Shown here piece by piece: positions 1-9,165 of a stretch of DNA of 32,000 nt. The DNA is taken from NCBI RefSeq assembly GCF_021172065.1, contig NZ_CP087880.1:1308583-1340582 (forward strand). The letters are read 5' to 3'. The position numbers and the translations under genes were made by a program. Position 1 is the stretch's first letter; each line of letters begins with the position of its first letter. The DNA comes from Pseudocitrobacter corydidari (lineage in GTDB: Bacteria > Pseudomonadota > Gammaproteobacteria > Enterobacterales > Enterobacteriaceae). The notes under the pieces were generated by a model that did not search any database, was not told where the DNA came from, and saw only the letters and a program-made list of their open reading frames with translations.

Positions 1-458
1 ACTTTACCGCCCCCGTGCGTGGCATTGTTAAGGATATCGATGTGACAACGGTGGGCGGCGTTATTGCCCCCGGCGGCAAATTGATGACCATCGTACCGTT
101 GGATGAACAACTGTTGATCGAAGCCAAAATCTCGCCGCGCGATGTGGCATTTATTCATCCTGGACAGGCATCGCTGGTGAAGATAACCGCCTACGATTAC
201 TCGATTTTCGGCGGGTTAGCGGGCGAGGTCGCGGTGATCTCCCCTGATACGCTTCAGGATGAGGTTCGTCGTGATGTTTATTATTACCGGGTATACATTC
301 GCACCGACAGTAATCATCTGCAAAATAAATCCGGGCAGCAGTTCCCTATTTTCCCCGGAATGGTGGCGACCGTGGATATCAAGACCGGGCGCAAAACGGT
401 ACTCGATTATCTGCTGAAGCCGTTTAATAAAGCGCGGGAAGCGCTGCGTGAACGCTAA
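1..458 (+). CDS. HlyD-family type I secretion periplasmic adaptor (membrane fusion protein), C-terminal fragment; 5' end is outside the window
   Basis: The frame is open from the window edge to the TAA at 456-458. The C-terminal sequence (...ITAYDYSIFGGLAGEVAVISPDT...GMVATVDIKTGRKTVLDYLLKPFNKAREALRER) looks like the conserved HlyD/MFP C-terminus. Confidence 0.6.
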   Translation, partial: FTAPVRGIVKDIDVTTVGGVIAPGGKLMTIVPLDEQLLIEAKISPRDVAFIHPGQASLVKITAYDYSIFGGLAGEVAVISPDTLQDEVRRDVYYYRVYIRTDSNHLQNKSGQQFPIFPGMVATVDIKTGRKTVLDYLLKPFNKAREALRER

Positions 459-1318
459 TCCAGCTCGTGGATCATATACTCGCCGCTCAGCATCGGGCGG
501 CAGAGTATCTTATAGCCATCCTGGTCAAACCCTGTGGCGATACACGTCAGGTTATCGGCTTCCGTTAGCGACTCGACCGCACCCAGCCACAGCCAGTTAT
601 GAATAATATGATAGTGGGTGAGGGTGTCGCTTTTCTCTTCCAGCGCTACGGCGCCTTTCCATGGCCAACATATCAGTTGCAAATGCGCTAACGCACTGCG
701 GAGCCTGTCATTGTGATCATCTACACTTTCGCGGCCGCAGCAGGCCCCGGCGCAACGCCCCAGCATCGAACGAAAACAGGCGCGACCACGACTTAATGGC
801 TCCAGCCCCATGACGCCGTAGCACAGACGTTGCGCATCGGCGACAGACTTCAATGCCTCAAGGGCGGCGCGACGATTGGCAAAAAGGCCATAGAGGCCCG
901 GCGTGTGTGAAAAATCGACTTCGCGGGCATAAACAACCTGAGGTGTATTTCCCTGCAGGCGCAGGGAACAAAGTTGCTTGTTGCGGCGCAATCGTTTATT
1001 GAACAGCGGTTGTTGTTCTTTAATCAGACGAGCTTCCAGCAACAGCGCGCCAAGTTCCCCCGCCGTCGGCTGCCAGCTAATGCGTCGGGTCTGTTGAAGC
1101 AGAGCCGCTTCCTGCTGGGTGCGGAAATGCGACATCACGCGGCTGCGAATGTTAACGCTTTTACCGATGTAGAGAGGAAGCGTTTCACTGTCGCCGTGAA
1201 AGGTGTACACGCCAGGCAATTTCGGCAACGTTTCCAGGCAATAGCGGAGATGCTCAGGATAGGTATAAAGGGGGCCTTGAAGGGGCTCGGGCCGAACGGG
1301 GACCCTACGATTGACCAT
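455..1318 (-). CDS. cho: Excinuclease Cho (UvrC N-terminal homolog, GIY-YIG nuclease)
   Basis: 287 aa. The motif PGVYTFHGDSETLPLYIGKSVNIRSRVMSHF...ARLIKEQQPLFNKRLRRNKQLCSL closely matches the E. coli Cho sequence as I recall it. Confidence 0.85.
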   Translation of the reverse strand: MVNRRVPVRPEPLQGPLYTYPEHLRYCLETLPKLPGVYTFHGDSETLPLYIGKSVNIRSRVMSHFRTQQEAALLQQTRRISWQPTAGELGALLLEARLIKEQQPLFNKRLRRNKQLCSLRLQGNTPQVVYAREVDFSHTPGLYGLFANRRAALEALKSVADAQRLCYGVMGLEPLSRGRACFRSMLGRCAGACCGRESVDDHNDRLRSALAHLQLICWPWKGAVALEEKSDTLTHYHIIHNWLWLGAVESLTEADNLTCIATGFDQDGYKILCRPMLSGEYMIHELD

Positions 1319-1412
1319 AATAGCTCCAGATACTGTTTATGCATACAGCTTACCGGGCGGGATGATAATGTCAATCCTTCGCCCGGTGCTGTGAAGATGC
1401 ATAGCAGTTACC

Positions 1413-1970
1413 TTACGCGCGCTGATCCGTCAGCCAGCTTTTAAAGACATCCGTGCGCAGCGTTTGCATAAAATCGATGTTTCCTGAGCATCCCAGCTTT
1501 TTAATCAAATTGGTACGCATCTGATAAACCGTCTTGATGTGGACGTTCAGATTTTCCGCCATCTCGATAATTTTTTTGCCATCTGACATTTGATCCAGCA
1601 AGGTGGTTTCGCGTGCAGACAGTTTTACTTTGTGTTCAATATGGCAGTCGTCTTCATTCTTCTTACGAAGGCTTGTCAGGAACTTGACGATCTCTTCCGC
1701 AGAGGCTTTTGACGAAATATGATTGACGGTAAAGGAGTCAAGGAAATTGTAACGTTGACCGTCGCTCAACAGAATAAAACGATGCGTGCGCAGGTCGTAA
1801 TTATGACGTTTTACGTTTACATACTGACTGGCAGAAAATATCACGTAACGAATGTTTTTACGATCTAATCTGACATCTTTGAGTACTTCACATAAGCCAT
1901 ATTCAAGGAAATTGTCATCCAGCCAGAGATCGACCAATTCCAGTTTAACAGGGCACGCTTCGCTTTTCAT
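1413..1970 (-). CDS. LuxR/GerE-type HTH transcriptional regulator with a degenerate non-receiver N-terminal domain (RcsA/MatA-like architecture)
   Basis: 185 aa. The C-terminal LSARETTLLDQMSDGKKIIEMAENLNVHIKTVYQMRTNLIKKLG is a typical LuxR/FixJ HTH. I saw no Asp-pocket receiver signature. It lies 54 bp downstream of ariR on the same strand. Confidence 0.7.
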   Translation of the reverse strand: MKSEACPVKLELVDLWLDDNFLEYGLCEVLKDVRLDRKNIRYVIFSASQYVNVKRHNYDLRTHRFILLSDGQRYNFLDSFTVNHISSKASAEEIVKFLTSLRKKNEDDCHIEHKVKLSARETTLLDQMSDGKKIIEMAENLNVHIKTVYQMRTNLIKKLGCSGNIDFMQTLRTDVFKSWLTDQRA

Positions 1971-2024
1971 AATGACTCCACATTAAGATGGGTTATTTAA
2001 AAGTGGCTATCGTTCATCAATGAT

Positions 2025-2303
2025 TCAGATATCATCGAGGGTATAATCCACCACAATTTCTAACGTCTTGCGGATAACATCAGCGGAGAGTACGCTATCT
2101 GTGCATTCAAGAGAGTGAATCAGCGTCGCAATAATGTTTTTGTTGTTAATGGTTTCACCGGCAGCCATCAGATGGCGAACCGCACCACCGAGGATTTCTG
2201 CTTCATCAGCTAACATATCGCCGGCCTTCAGGAAGTGTTCGGACAATGCTTTATTCTGAATGGATTGGTAGAAATCATATTGCTGTAACATAGCGATTCT
2301 CAT
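2025..2303 (-). CDS. ariR: AriR/YmgB connector protein (biofilm and acid-resistance regulator acting through Rcs)
   Basis: 92 aa. Size, position after ymgA and similarity to E. coli YmgB support the call, as does the conserved ycgZ-ymgA-ariR gene order. Confidence 0.75.
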   Translation of the reverse strand: MRIAMLQQYDFYQSIQNKALSEHFLKAGDMLADEAEILGGAVRHLMAAGETINNKNIIATLIHSLECTDSVLSADVIRKTLEIVVDYTLDDI

Positions 2304-2338
2304 CTGTTAGTTGTAAAAGTGGTTTTCATTGAAAATCT

Positions 2339-2629
2339 TCAATGAATATTTCTATTTCTTCCATTCATCGAAAGTTCCTTTCGCCCGTCTGTGCGGGGTT
2401 TAACGCCTTTATGGCCAGCGGAGTTCGCTTCTTTCGATGCCGTAAAACTCTCTATTTCTCTTATTACCACGTACAATGCTGAGAGACGTTCTGAATCAAT
2501 TTCCAGACTCTGCATTTTATTCAGCTCATTTAACAAAGCCTGAGAATTAATAGACTTTTTGTCTTTAATAAGCCGCAGAGTAGCCTCACCAATTAAAGTG
2601 TCTTTCAGTTTTTTATTACTACTATTCAT
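2339..2629 (-). CDS. ymgA: YmgA-like connector protein
   Basis: 96 aa, located between ycgZ and ariR. The C-terminal ...NGRNRNIH resembles the E. coli YmgA tail ...NGKKINRIH. Confidence 0.65.
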   Translation of the reverse strand: MNSSNKKLKDTLIGEATLRLIKDKKSINSQALLNELNKMQSLEIDSERLSALYVVIREIESFTASKEANSAGHKGVKPRTDGRKELSMNGRNRNIH

Positions 2630-2728
2630 AACTGCTGTCTCTTATTGCTGTTAAACCATCGGGCTTACAGCATTAAGTTGTCTCAGGTGGTAGGGTATCG
2701 TCGTCGCCACGCTGAGCAAAAATCTCCC

Positions 2729-2980
2729 TCATGAATTTCGGTTTTCAAATAATAAACCAATCAACGCGTTGTAGTGCTTCTCTTCTTCCATGCCGGAAGC
2801 CTGTTCAAGGCGGCCCAATAATTTTGTACACAGCGACTTGCGGTTCAGGTTTTTGCCGGCGCTGAGAATTTCGACCACGATTTGCCCCAGCGTTTCCTGT
2901 TGTGTCGGAAGGGCAGCCTTATTGAAATAGCTGGAAATGGCACTGGCTGAATCCATGGTGTATTGACGGTTCTGCTGCAT
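2729..2980 (-). CDS. ycgZ: YcgZ two-component-system connector protein
   Basis: 83 aa. TQQETLGQIVVEILSAGKNLNRKSLCTKLLGRLEQASGMEEEKHYNALIGLLFE is nearly collinear with E. coli YcgZ. Confidence 0.85.
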   Translation of the reverse strand: MQQNRQYTMDSASAISSYFNKAALPTQQETLGQIVVEILSAGKNLNRKSLCTKLLGRLEQASGMEEEKHYNALIGLLFENRNS

Positions 2981-3040
2981 GTGTCGCTCCTGTTAAAGAC
3001 GTTATCGTGTATCACTTTGCGTTAACAAACTCATAAAAAT

Positions 3041-3153
3041 TGTACATAAATCCTGTACAAGTGATGCATTAATTTTTAGCATAAAGTGCTATTGCTTATA
3101 AATCATAAAGATATAAGGTGTACAGGCGTACAAAGATAAGAATTATCTGTACA
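3041..3153. promoter_or_regulatory. Divergent ycgZ / bluF control region with repeated TGTACA hexamers (candidate BluR/MlrA-type MerR operator half-sites)
   Basis: TGTACA occurs at 3041-3046, 3054-3059, 3119-3124 and 3148-3153, with GTACAA at 3127. The first copy sits in AAAAATTGTACA, which resembles the MlrA half-site AAAATTGTACA. Confidence 0.45.
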
Positions 3154-3297
3154 AACTTCGGAGGTTGTCCTTATAGAGGAGAGGGGGAAGATCAAGTGTT
3201 GGAATTAATTGAGAGTAATGTTAAATCCATGTATTAATTGAAAGCTATTTAAGCTTTTATCTGCTAATGTTGAGAAAACTTTGTAGTCGGAACCGCT

Positions 3298-4518
3298 ATG
3301 CTTACCACCATTATTTATCGCAGCCATTTATGTCACGACGTTCCCGTCAAGGCCCTTGAGGGAATGGTAGCGGCCGCTAACCTTAGAAATGCTGAGGCAA
3401 ATGTCACCGGAATACTGCTCTTTAACGGCACGCATTTTTTTCAATTGCTTGAAGGCCCGGAAGAACAGGTGCGACGGATTTATCACGACATTTCACAAGA
3501 CCCGCGCCACTACAATCTTGTAGAGCTTTTATGCGATCACGGCCCAACGCGCCGATTTGGCAAAGTGGGCATGGAGCTCTTCGACCTGCGCGAGCATGCC
3601 CGGGAAGAAGTGCTGCAAAACGTGCTGGATAAAGGCACATCTCCGTATCAACTCACCTATAACGATCGTGCATTGCAGTTTTTCCGCACTTTTGTCGAGT
3701 CGACAGAGAAGGGCAATTACTATGAAATTCCGCCAGCCGAGAGCTGGGAGTTTGTACCGACGACAATCAGCGATGAACTGGGTCCTTATAAAGCCTCTAC
3801 TGCCTCTGAGTATACCCTGGCCCTGCAACCGATCATTGATCCCCTGGCGCAGGAAATCATCGCCCTGGAGGCCTTAATCTTCACCCACGACGGTGAGATT
3901 TCGAATACCTATTTCGAGGGTTTATCCGGCGACGATATTTATGAAATCGATCTCACCAGTAAGAAAGTGGCGTTTGAGATGGTGAGGGAGCGCGATCTGC
4001 GTGGTCAAATACTGTCCGTTAATCTGTTGCCAATGACCCTGGTAAAAATCCCTCACGCCGTGGATTATCTGCTGCATGAGATAAAAATTAACGGTCTGGT
4101 GCCCGAGCAAATTGTCGTTGAATTTACTGAGCACGAGGTGGTTTCCGGTATTGAGGAGTTTACCGCTGCGGTACGTGTACTGAAGTCTGCGGGTATTAGC
4201 GTGGCCATTGATAATTTTGGTGCCGGCTTTGCCGGGCTGCAGTTGCTGGCGCAATTTCAGCCTGACAGAATCAAGATTAATGCTGAACTGATTCGCGATG
4301 TTCATAAAAGTGGCCCGCGCCAGGCGATTGTACAGGCCATTATTCGCTGCTGCCGTTCGCTGGAAATTGTGGTATCTGCCCTGGGTGTTGAAAAAGCGGA
4401 AGAGTGGATGTGGCTTGAATCTGCGGGCATTTCTCATTTCCAGGGCAATTTATTTGCCCGACCCTATCGCCAGGGTACGCCTTCCATCTCGTGGCCGGAA
4501 AAGAAAGAGTTATTGTAA
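3298..4518 (+). CDS. bluF: BLUF-EAL blue-light sensor, anti-repressor of BluR
   Basis: 406 aa. The N-terminal BLUF domain (MLTTIIYRS...GILLFNGTHFFQLLEGPEEQV) and the degenerate EAL domain (...QPDRIKINAELIRDVHKSGPRQAIVQAII...) are collinear with E. coli YcgF/BluF. Confidence 0.9.
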   Translation: MLTTIIYRSHLCHDVPVKALEGMVAAANLRNAEANVTGILLFNGTHFFQLLEGPEEQVRRIYHDISQDPRHYNLVELLCDHGPTRRFGKVGMELFDLREHAREEVLQNVLDKGTSPYQLTYNDRALQFFRTFVESTEKGNYYEIPPAESWEFVPTTISDELGPYKASTASEYTLALQPIIDPLAQEIIALEALIFTHDGEISNTYFEGLSGDDIYEIDLTSKKVAFEMVRERDLRGQILSVNLLPMTLVKIPHAVDYLLHEIKINGLVPEQIVVEFTEHEVVSGIEEFTAAVRVLKSAGISVAIDNFGAGFAGLQLLAQFQPDRIKINAELIRDVHKSGPRQAIVQAIIRCCRSLEIVVSALGVEKAEEWMWLESAGISHFQGNLFARPYRQGTPSISWPEKKELL

Positions 4519-4548
4519 TATTGTACAACTCTCCTGTTGCTTCTCTTT

Positions 4549-4575
4549 CCTCTTACGGCATTGCGCCGTAAGAGG
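4549..4575 (+). terminator. Stem-loop downstream of bluF (possible terminator, no strong T-run)
   Basis: CCTCTTACGGC (4549-4559) pairs with GCCGTAAGAGG (4565-4575) around a 5-nt loop. Confidence 0.4.
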
Positions 4576-4754
4576 GTGATTTATCCTAAATCCCCCATGC
4601 CTGCCGTTGATATTCCTCATTTTTTACAGCTTGTTTAATAAAAGTTAACGACTTTTATACTCATTACGCCCCAAAAGGCTGTACAATAAAAAGTAAGTTA
4701 TACAGACGGTACAGAACATTACCCAGGGATGTAATGGTTGAGTTGCGAGGCATT

Positions 4755-5486
4755 ATGGCTTTTTACAGTATCGGCGACGTGGCCGAAAGATGCGGAATCA
4801 ACCCGGTAACGCTGCGCGCGTGGCAGCGGCGCTATGGGTTACTCAAACCCCAGCGCAGTGAGGGGGGGCACCGCCAGTTCGACGAAGAAGATATTCAGCG
4901 TGTTGAAGAAATCAAACGCTGGATTAAAAGCGGTGTTCCTGTCGGGAAAGTGAAAGCGCTGCTCGAAGAGAGCCGCACCATTACGCACGATGACTGGACT
5001 TATCTTCAGGAAGAGATGATGTCCGTATTGCGTTACGCCAGCCCAACCAAACTTCGCGCAAAAATTGTTGCTGCCGGGCGCGAGCATCCGGTTGATGCTT
5101 TAATTGATCATGTTTATGGCCCTGTACGTCAGCGGCTCAGCCTTGATCACAATACGGCGCGTATTATGTGCAGTATGTTTGATGGCATTTTGATTGAATA
5201 TGTTGCCGCGACATTAACGGAACGTCGACGTAAGTCTGGAAAAGAAGCGTTGCTCATCGGGTGGGAAATTGACGATCGCGTTCGTCTGTGGCTTGAAGCC
5301 TGGCGTTTATCTCAGTCCGGCTGGCATGTATCTGTACTGGCTGAACCGCTCGAATCGCCTCGCCCTGAACTCTTCCCTGGTCAGATGTTATTTGTCTGGA
5401 CCGGCCTTACCCCTACAAGACGGCAACAAGAATTATTGCAGCACTGGAACGAGCAGGGTTATACCATTAAGTTCCACCAGCCTTGA
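4755..5486 (+). CDS. bluR: MerR-family repressor BluR (YcgE)
   Basis: [34 protein letters not shown] matches the E. coli BluR N-terminus. Starting at the ATG at 4755 gives 243 aa as in E. coli. The ORF track start at 4734 is probably an upstream extension. Confidence 0.85.
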   Translation: MAFYSIGDVAERCGINPVTLRAWQRRYGLLKPQRSEGGHRQFDEEDIQRVEEIKRWIKSGVPVGKVKALLEESRTITHDDWTYLQEEMMSVLRYASPTKLRAKIVAAGREHPVDALIDHVYGPVRQRLSLDHNTARIMCSMFDGILIEYVAATLTERRRKSGKEALLIGWEIDDRVRLWLEAWRLSQSGWHVSVLAEPLESPRPELFPGQMLFVWTGLTPTRRQQELLQHWNEQGYTIKFHQP

Positions 5487-6066
5487 TGACCGCATTGCGG
5501 TCTTTTCGGCCTTCGCGTTCGAGATACACCTCTTTTGCAGTCTGTAAATCGGCAAGCGTATCAATATCCAGCACGATACCGATATCGTCGACTTCAATAT
5601 TAAGTAACTGACCACATTGCCGTGCATGCTCCACAACGTCACGTCCTCCCGTCTCACCGGATAACGCCGTTAAATGCGGCAAATAGTGCCGTCCAAACGC
5701 GACGGGATGCCCGTTTTGCATGCAATAACGTGGTACGATCACCGTACCGTCGCGCAACGCTTTCGCTACGCGTAACAGTGTCTCTTTTTCAACCAGCGGC
5801 AAATCAGCAGGCAAGATAAGCCATCCTTGCGCCTGCTGAGTCGCCAGAACGCCCCGACGGATAGAATCGCCCATACCGGATGCTGACGCATCAGGTTGTA
5901 CCTGATACCAGGGTAAAGACGATTGTTGCACCGCTTCCAGCGTGCGATCGAGCACGCGCTTCCCGCACAGCTCCGCTTCAAGTTTATGTTGCGTCGCACC
6001 GGATGCGTAAAAGCGTTCACTTTTTCCAGCGGCAAGAACAATGACCACCGGCCCATAGCTCTTCAT
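5467..6066 (-). CDS. MobA/MocA-like nucleotidyltransferase (probable molybdenum cofactor cytidylyltransferase)
   Basis: 199 aa. The N-terminal [12 protein letters not shown] is the typical MobA-like NTP-transferase glycine loop. Its start overlaps the paoD stop (ATGA, 6063-6066), suggesting translational coupling with the pao operon. Confidence 0.7.
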   Translation of the reverse strand: MKSYGPVVIVLAAGKSERFYASGATQHKLEAELCGKRVLDRTLEAVQQSSLPWYQVQPDASASGMGDSIRRGVLATQQAQGWLILPADLPLVEKETLLRVAKALRDGTVIVPRYCMQNGHPVAFGRHYLPHLTALSGETGGRDVVEHARQCGQLLNIEVDDIGIVLDIDTLADLQTAKEVYLEREGRKDRNAVIKAGGT

Positions 6067-6956
6067 AAGTGGAGACCTTGCCGGGCGTGGGCGACGTCGG
6101 CAAGTACCGACAATGCCAGCGTGCGCGAGTCACGCGCTTTGGGGATAAGGCCGATGGGCGCTGCAATGGCGGCGATTTCAGTTTCCGTCCAGCCACATTC
6201 CCGTAATAGCGCTTTTCGCCGCTGGTGGGTTCGCTCACTGCCCAGCGCGCCAATGTAAAACGGATGACTTATGCGTGATTGCGCCAGTAAGTATCGTTCC
6301 CGATCGAGGTCATGCCAGAGTAAAATCAACGCGCTATGTGTATCCATGAGCGCCGGATCGTCCGTCACCTCATATCCCGCCGTGCTCGCCAGTTGGCGCG
6401 TCATTTCGGCTTCAATATGATGCCCTGAGAGTATCAGCCGCACAATCGGGTGATAGGCGATTGCAAACTTTTCTTCCACCCATCCGGTATGCTGATGAGA
6501 GGCAATGCCTTCAAGCTGTCCAATGCTGCTGTTATAGATGAGGGAGACAGACTCACGCCGTGCCAGACTGCCGAGAATATCGCGCAGCGGGGCGCAGGAG
6601 CGCAGCGCGTGGATCGTCAGGGTGATACCGCCGCCGCAGGGCAAAACGATATCAAACCACGGCGATCCCTGTCCATAACGTACCGACTTATCTCTTCCGG
6701 TGGCAATCACCTCCAGCGCCTCACAGGCAATGGCGCTTTCAACGCATCCGCCCGACACGTAGCCGCAATATTGCCCATCTTCGCGTACGGCCATTTGGCT
6801 GCCCGGTGCACGAGATGCGCCCCCGTGTATATCAGTAAGCGTGACTAACGCCACGCCCATTCCGCTTTCCAGCGAATCGACGGCAAAACGAAGAATTGTC
6901 GCCGGATCGTCAGTCAGTTGCGCCTGCTTCGGCGTGCATTTCAAACGCTGCAACAT
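6063..6956 (-). CDS. paoD: XdhC-family molybdenum cofactor insertion chaperone PaoD
   Basis: 297 aa, immediately downstream of paoC. It has XdhC/CoxI-like features (...VTLTDIHGGASRAPGSQMAV...; Rossmann-like LILSGHHIEA). Confidence 0.75.
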   Translation of the reverse strand: MLQRLKCTPKQAQLTDDPATILRFAVDSLESGMGVALVTLTDIHGGASRAPGSQMAVREDGQYCGYVSGGCVESAIACEALEVIATGRDKSVRYGQGSPWFDIVLPCGGGITLTIHALRSCAPLRDILGSLARRESVSLIYNSSIGQLEGIASHQHTGWVEEKFAIAYHPIVRLILSGHHIEAEMTRQLASTAGYEVTDDPALMDTHSALILLWHDLDRERYLLAQSRISHPFYIGALGSERTHQRRKALLRECGWTETEIAAIAAPIGLIPKARDSRTLALSVLADVAHARQGLHL

Positions 6957-6965
6957 CTGAGCTCC

Positions 6966-9164
6966 TTACGCGTTTTCCGGCAGACCATGAAGCAGTTTAT
7001 CCAGCGTCAGGGGGTAATCCCGACCCCGTACGCCCGTCGCATTGTAAACGGCGTTGGCAATAGCTGCGCTGACCCCACACAAACCAAGTTCGCCGACACC
7101 TTTGGCTTTCATTGGTGAGGAGACCGGGTCCGTATCATCAAGGAAAATGACCTCCTGGTGGGGAACATCGGCATGCACCGGTACTTCATAGCCGGCCATA
7201 TCATGATTAACGAAATAACCCAGACGTGTATCCACCGCCAGCTCTTCCATCAGGGCGGCGCCAATGCCCATGGTCATTGCGCCTATCACCTGGCTTCGGG
7301 CGGTCTTCGGGTTGAGTATTCGTCCCGCAGCGCACACGGCCAGCATACGCCGCACGCGCACTTCGCCAGTTACGGCATCTACCGCCACTTCAACAAAGTG
7401 GCCAGCAAAGGTCGACTGCTGATACTGCTCCGCCAGTTGGTCAAATTCAATGTGGTCTTCTGCCTGCTCAGGCTGCCCGGCAAGGGCATCGATAAGGTTG
7501 ATACTACGCGAGCGATCGCTAATTTTTTCATTTTCAAACACCGCTAGCGTCGGATCGAGACCGGCTTTGCGGGCAATTTGCGCACGCAATTTGACGCAGG
7601 CGGCGTAAACGCCAGAGGTCGAGGTATTCGCTCCCCATTGTCCACCGGACCCTGCCGAAACCGGGTAGAGACTGTCACCCAAACGAACACTGACTTTTTC
7701 CAGCGGCACGCCCAGCATTTCGGCAGCGGTTTGCGCAAGAATGGTGTAGCTTCCGGTACCAATATCGGTCATGTCCGTTTCAACCGTCACGTCGCCCCCG
7801 GCGCTCATTAGCACGCGCGCGGCGGAGGTCTCGAGCAGGTTATTACGAAATCCGGCAGCCATCCCCATACCGACCAGCCAGCGACCTTCACGAATGACGC
7901 CCGGTGTGGCATTGCGTTTGCGCCATCCGAAATGTTCTGCGCCTGTGCGCAGGCACTCAATTAACTGGCGACGGGAGAAGGGACGTTGGGGATCGGACGG
8001 GTCAACCTGAGTATCATTCCGAATACGAAACTCGACCGGATCGATACCTGCCTTCTCGGCAATTTCGTCGATAGCGATTTCCAGCGCCATCAGGCCGGGT
8101 GCTTCACCCGGCGCGCGCATGGCATTGCCTTCGGGGAGATCAATCTGTGCCAGTCTTAATCCCGTGTGACGATTTGCCCCCGCATACAAGAACTGCGTCT
8201 GCTGTACGGCGGTCTCTGGCGTGCCGCCCGGTAGATTGCCAGACCAACTATCATGCGCAATCGCAACGATTTTCCCGTCGTTATCTGCGCCAATACGAAT
8301 ATGCTGAAGGGTCGCCGGGCGGTGGGTGGTATTATTCGCAATAGTTGGGCGCGGCAGCATCACTTTTACCGGGCGCTTAACCGCTTTCGCGCCCAGCGCC
8401 GCCAGAAGCGCATCGCTGCGTAAGAAGAGCTTGCCACCAAATCCGCCGCCTATATACGGCGAAACAATGCGGATATTCTCTTCGGGGATCTTCAACGTAA
8501 CCGCTAAATCTTTTTTACACCAGTTCACCATCTGGTTGGAGGTCCACAGCGTCAGCTTATCGCCCTCCCAGCGGGCGGTTGATGCGTGTGGCTCCATGGC
8601 CATATGGCTTTGGTCTGGCGTCGAGTACGCAGCATCCAGCTGATGCGCGCACCCGGCAAACGCCGTGGCAAAATCGCCGACGTTATTGTCCGGTGTGTCT
8701 TCGGGTGGCGTTGTCACCTGTGGTTTTTCTTCAGCCAGATCCCATTTACCTTGCTGGCGTTGATAGCTGACCTCAATCAGTGCCGATGCGGCACGCGCCT
8801 GCTCGAAGGTTTCCGCCACAACCAACGCAATAGCCTGATGATAGTGTTCGATTTCCGGGCCGCCGAGCAGGTGGGCGGCATTTCTTTCGCCTTTCCCTAA
8901 CGTACCCGCGTGCTTCGCGGTTATTACGCTAAGCACGCCGGGTGCCGCGTTGGCTGCCTGCGTATCCAGATGCGTAATGCGACCTTTTGCTATCGACGCG
9001 CCGAGAATATAGCCATAAGCCGCGTCAGGTGCCTCTTCATGGCGTTCATAGGCGTAATGCGCGCGTCCGGTGGTTTTTAGCGGGCCATCGATACGATCGT
9101 GTGGCTGCCCGACAACACGCAGTCTGTCTATCGGGTTATCTCCGGCAGGTTGAGTGAATTTCAT
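6966..9164 (-). CDS. paoC: Aldehyde oxidoreductase molybdenum-binding subunit PaoC
   Basis: Starting at the ATG at 9162-9164 gives 732 aa beginning MKFTQPAGDNPIDRLRVVGQPHDRIDGPLKTTG. This is collinear with E. coli PaoC (732 aa). The longer ORF-track start at 9401 overlaps paoB. Confidence 0.9.
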   Translation of the reverse strand: MKFTQPAGDNPIDRLRVVGQPHDRIDGPLKTTGRAHYAYERHEEAPDAAYGYILGASIAKGRITHLDTQAANAAPGVLSVITAKHAGTLGKGERNAAHLLGGPEIEHYHQAIALVVAETFEQARAASALIEVSYQRQQGKWDLAEEKPQVTTPPEDTPDNNVGDFATAFAGCAHQLDAAYSTPDQSHMAMEPHASTARWEGDKLTLWTSNQMVNWCKKDLAVTLKIPEENIRIVSPYIGGGFGGKLFLRSDALLAALGAKAVKRPVKVMLPRPTIANNTTHRPATLQHIRIGADNDGKIVAIAHDSWSGNLPGGTPETAVQQTQFLYAGANRHTGLRLAQIDLPEGNAMRAPGEAPGLMALEIAIDEIAEKAGIDPVEFRIRNDTQVDPSDPQRPFSRRQLIECLRTGAEHFGWRKRNATPGVIREGRWLVGMGMAAGFRNNLLETSAARVLMSAGGDVTVETDMTDIGTGSYTILAQTAAEMLGVPLEKVSVRLGDSLYPVSAGSGGQWGANTSTSGVYAACVKLRAQIARKAGLDPTLAVFENEKISDRSRSINLIDALAGQPEQAEDHIEFDQLAEQYQQSTFAGHFVEVAVDAVTGEVRVRRMLAVCAAGRILNPKTARSQVIGAMTMGIGAALMEELAVDTRLGYFVNHDMAGYEVPVHADVPHQEVIFLDDTDPVSSPMKAKGVGELGLCGVSAAIANAVYNATGVRGRDYPLTLDKLLHGLPENA

Positions 9165-9165
9165 G

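Noticed and set aside
974-1444. A 156-aa plus-strand ORF and a 79-aa minus-strand ORF overlapping cho.
   Set aside because: They are shadow frames of the well-supported cho gene, with no recognisable motifs.
3422-4579. Several ORFs overlapping bluF on both strands (3422..3640, 3529..3828, 3557..3877, 3922..4437, 4298..4579, 4340..4528).
   Set aside because: They are alternative frames of a confidently identified BLUF-EAL gene, and their translations look non-protein-like.
4734-4754. A longer bluR start ([12 protein letters not shown]...).
   Set aside because: E. coli BluR starts at the equivalent of MAFYSIGDV, and the ATG at 4755 gives the expected 243 aa. The upstream start cannot be fully excluded.
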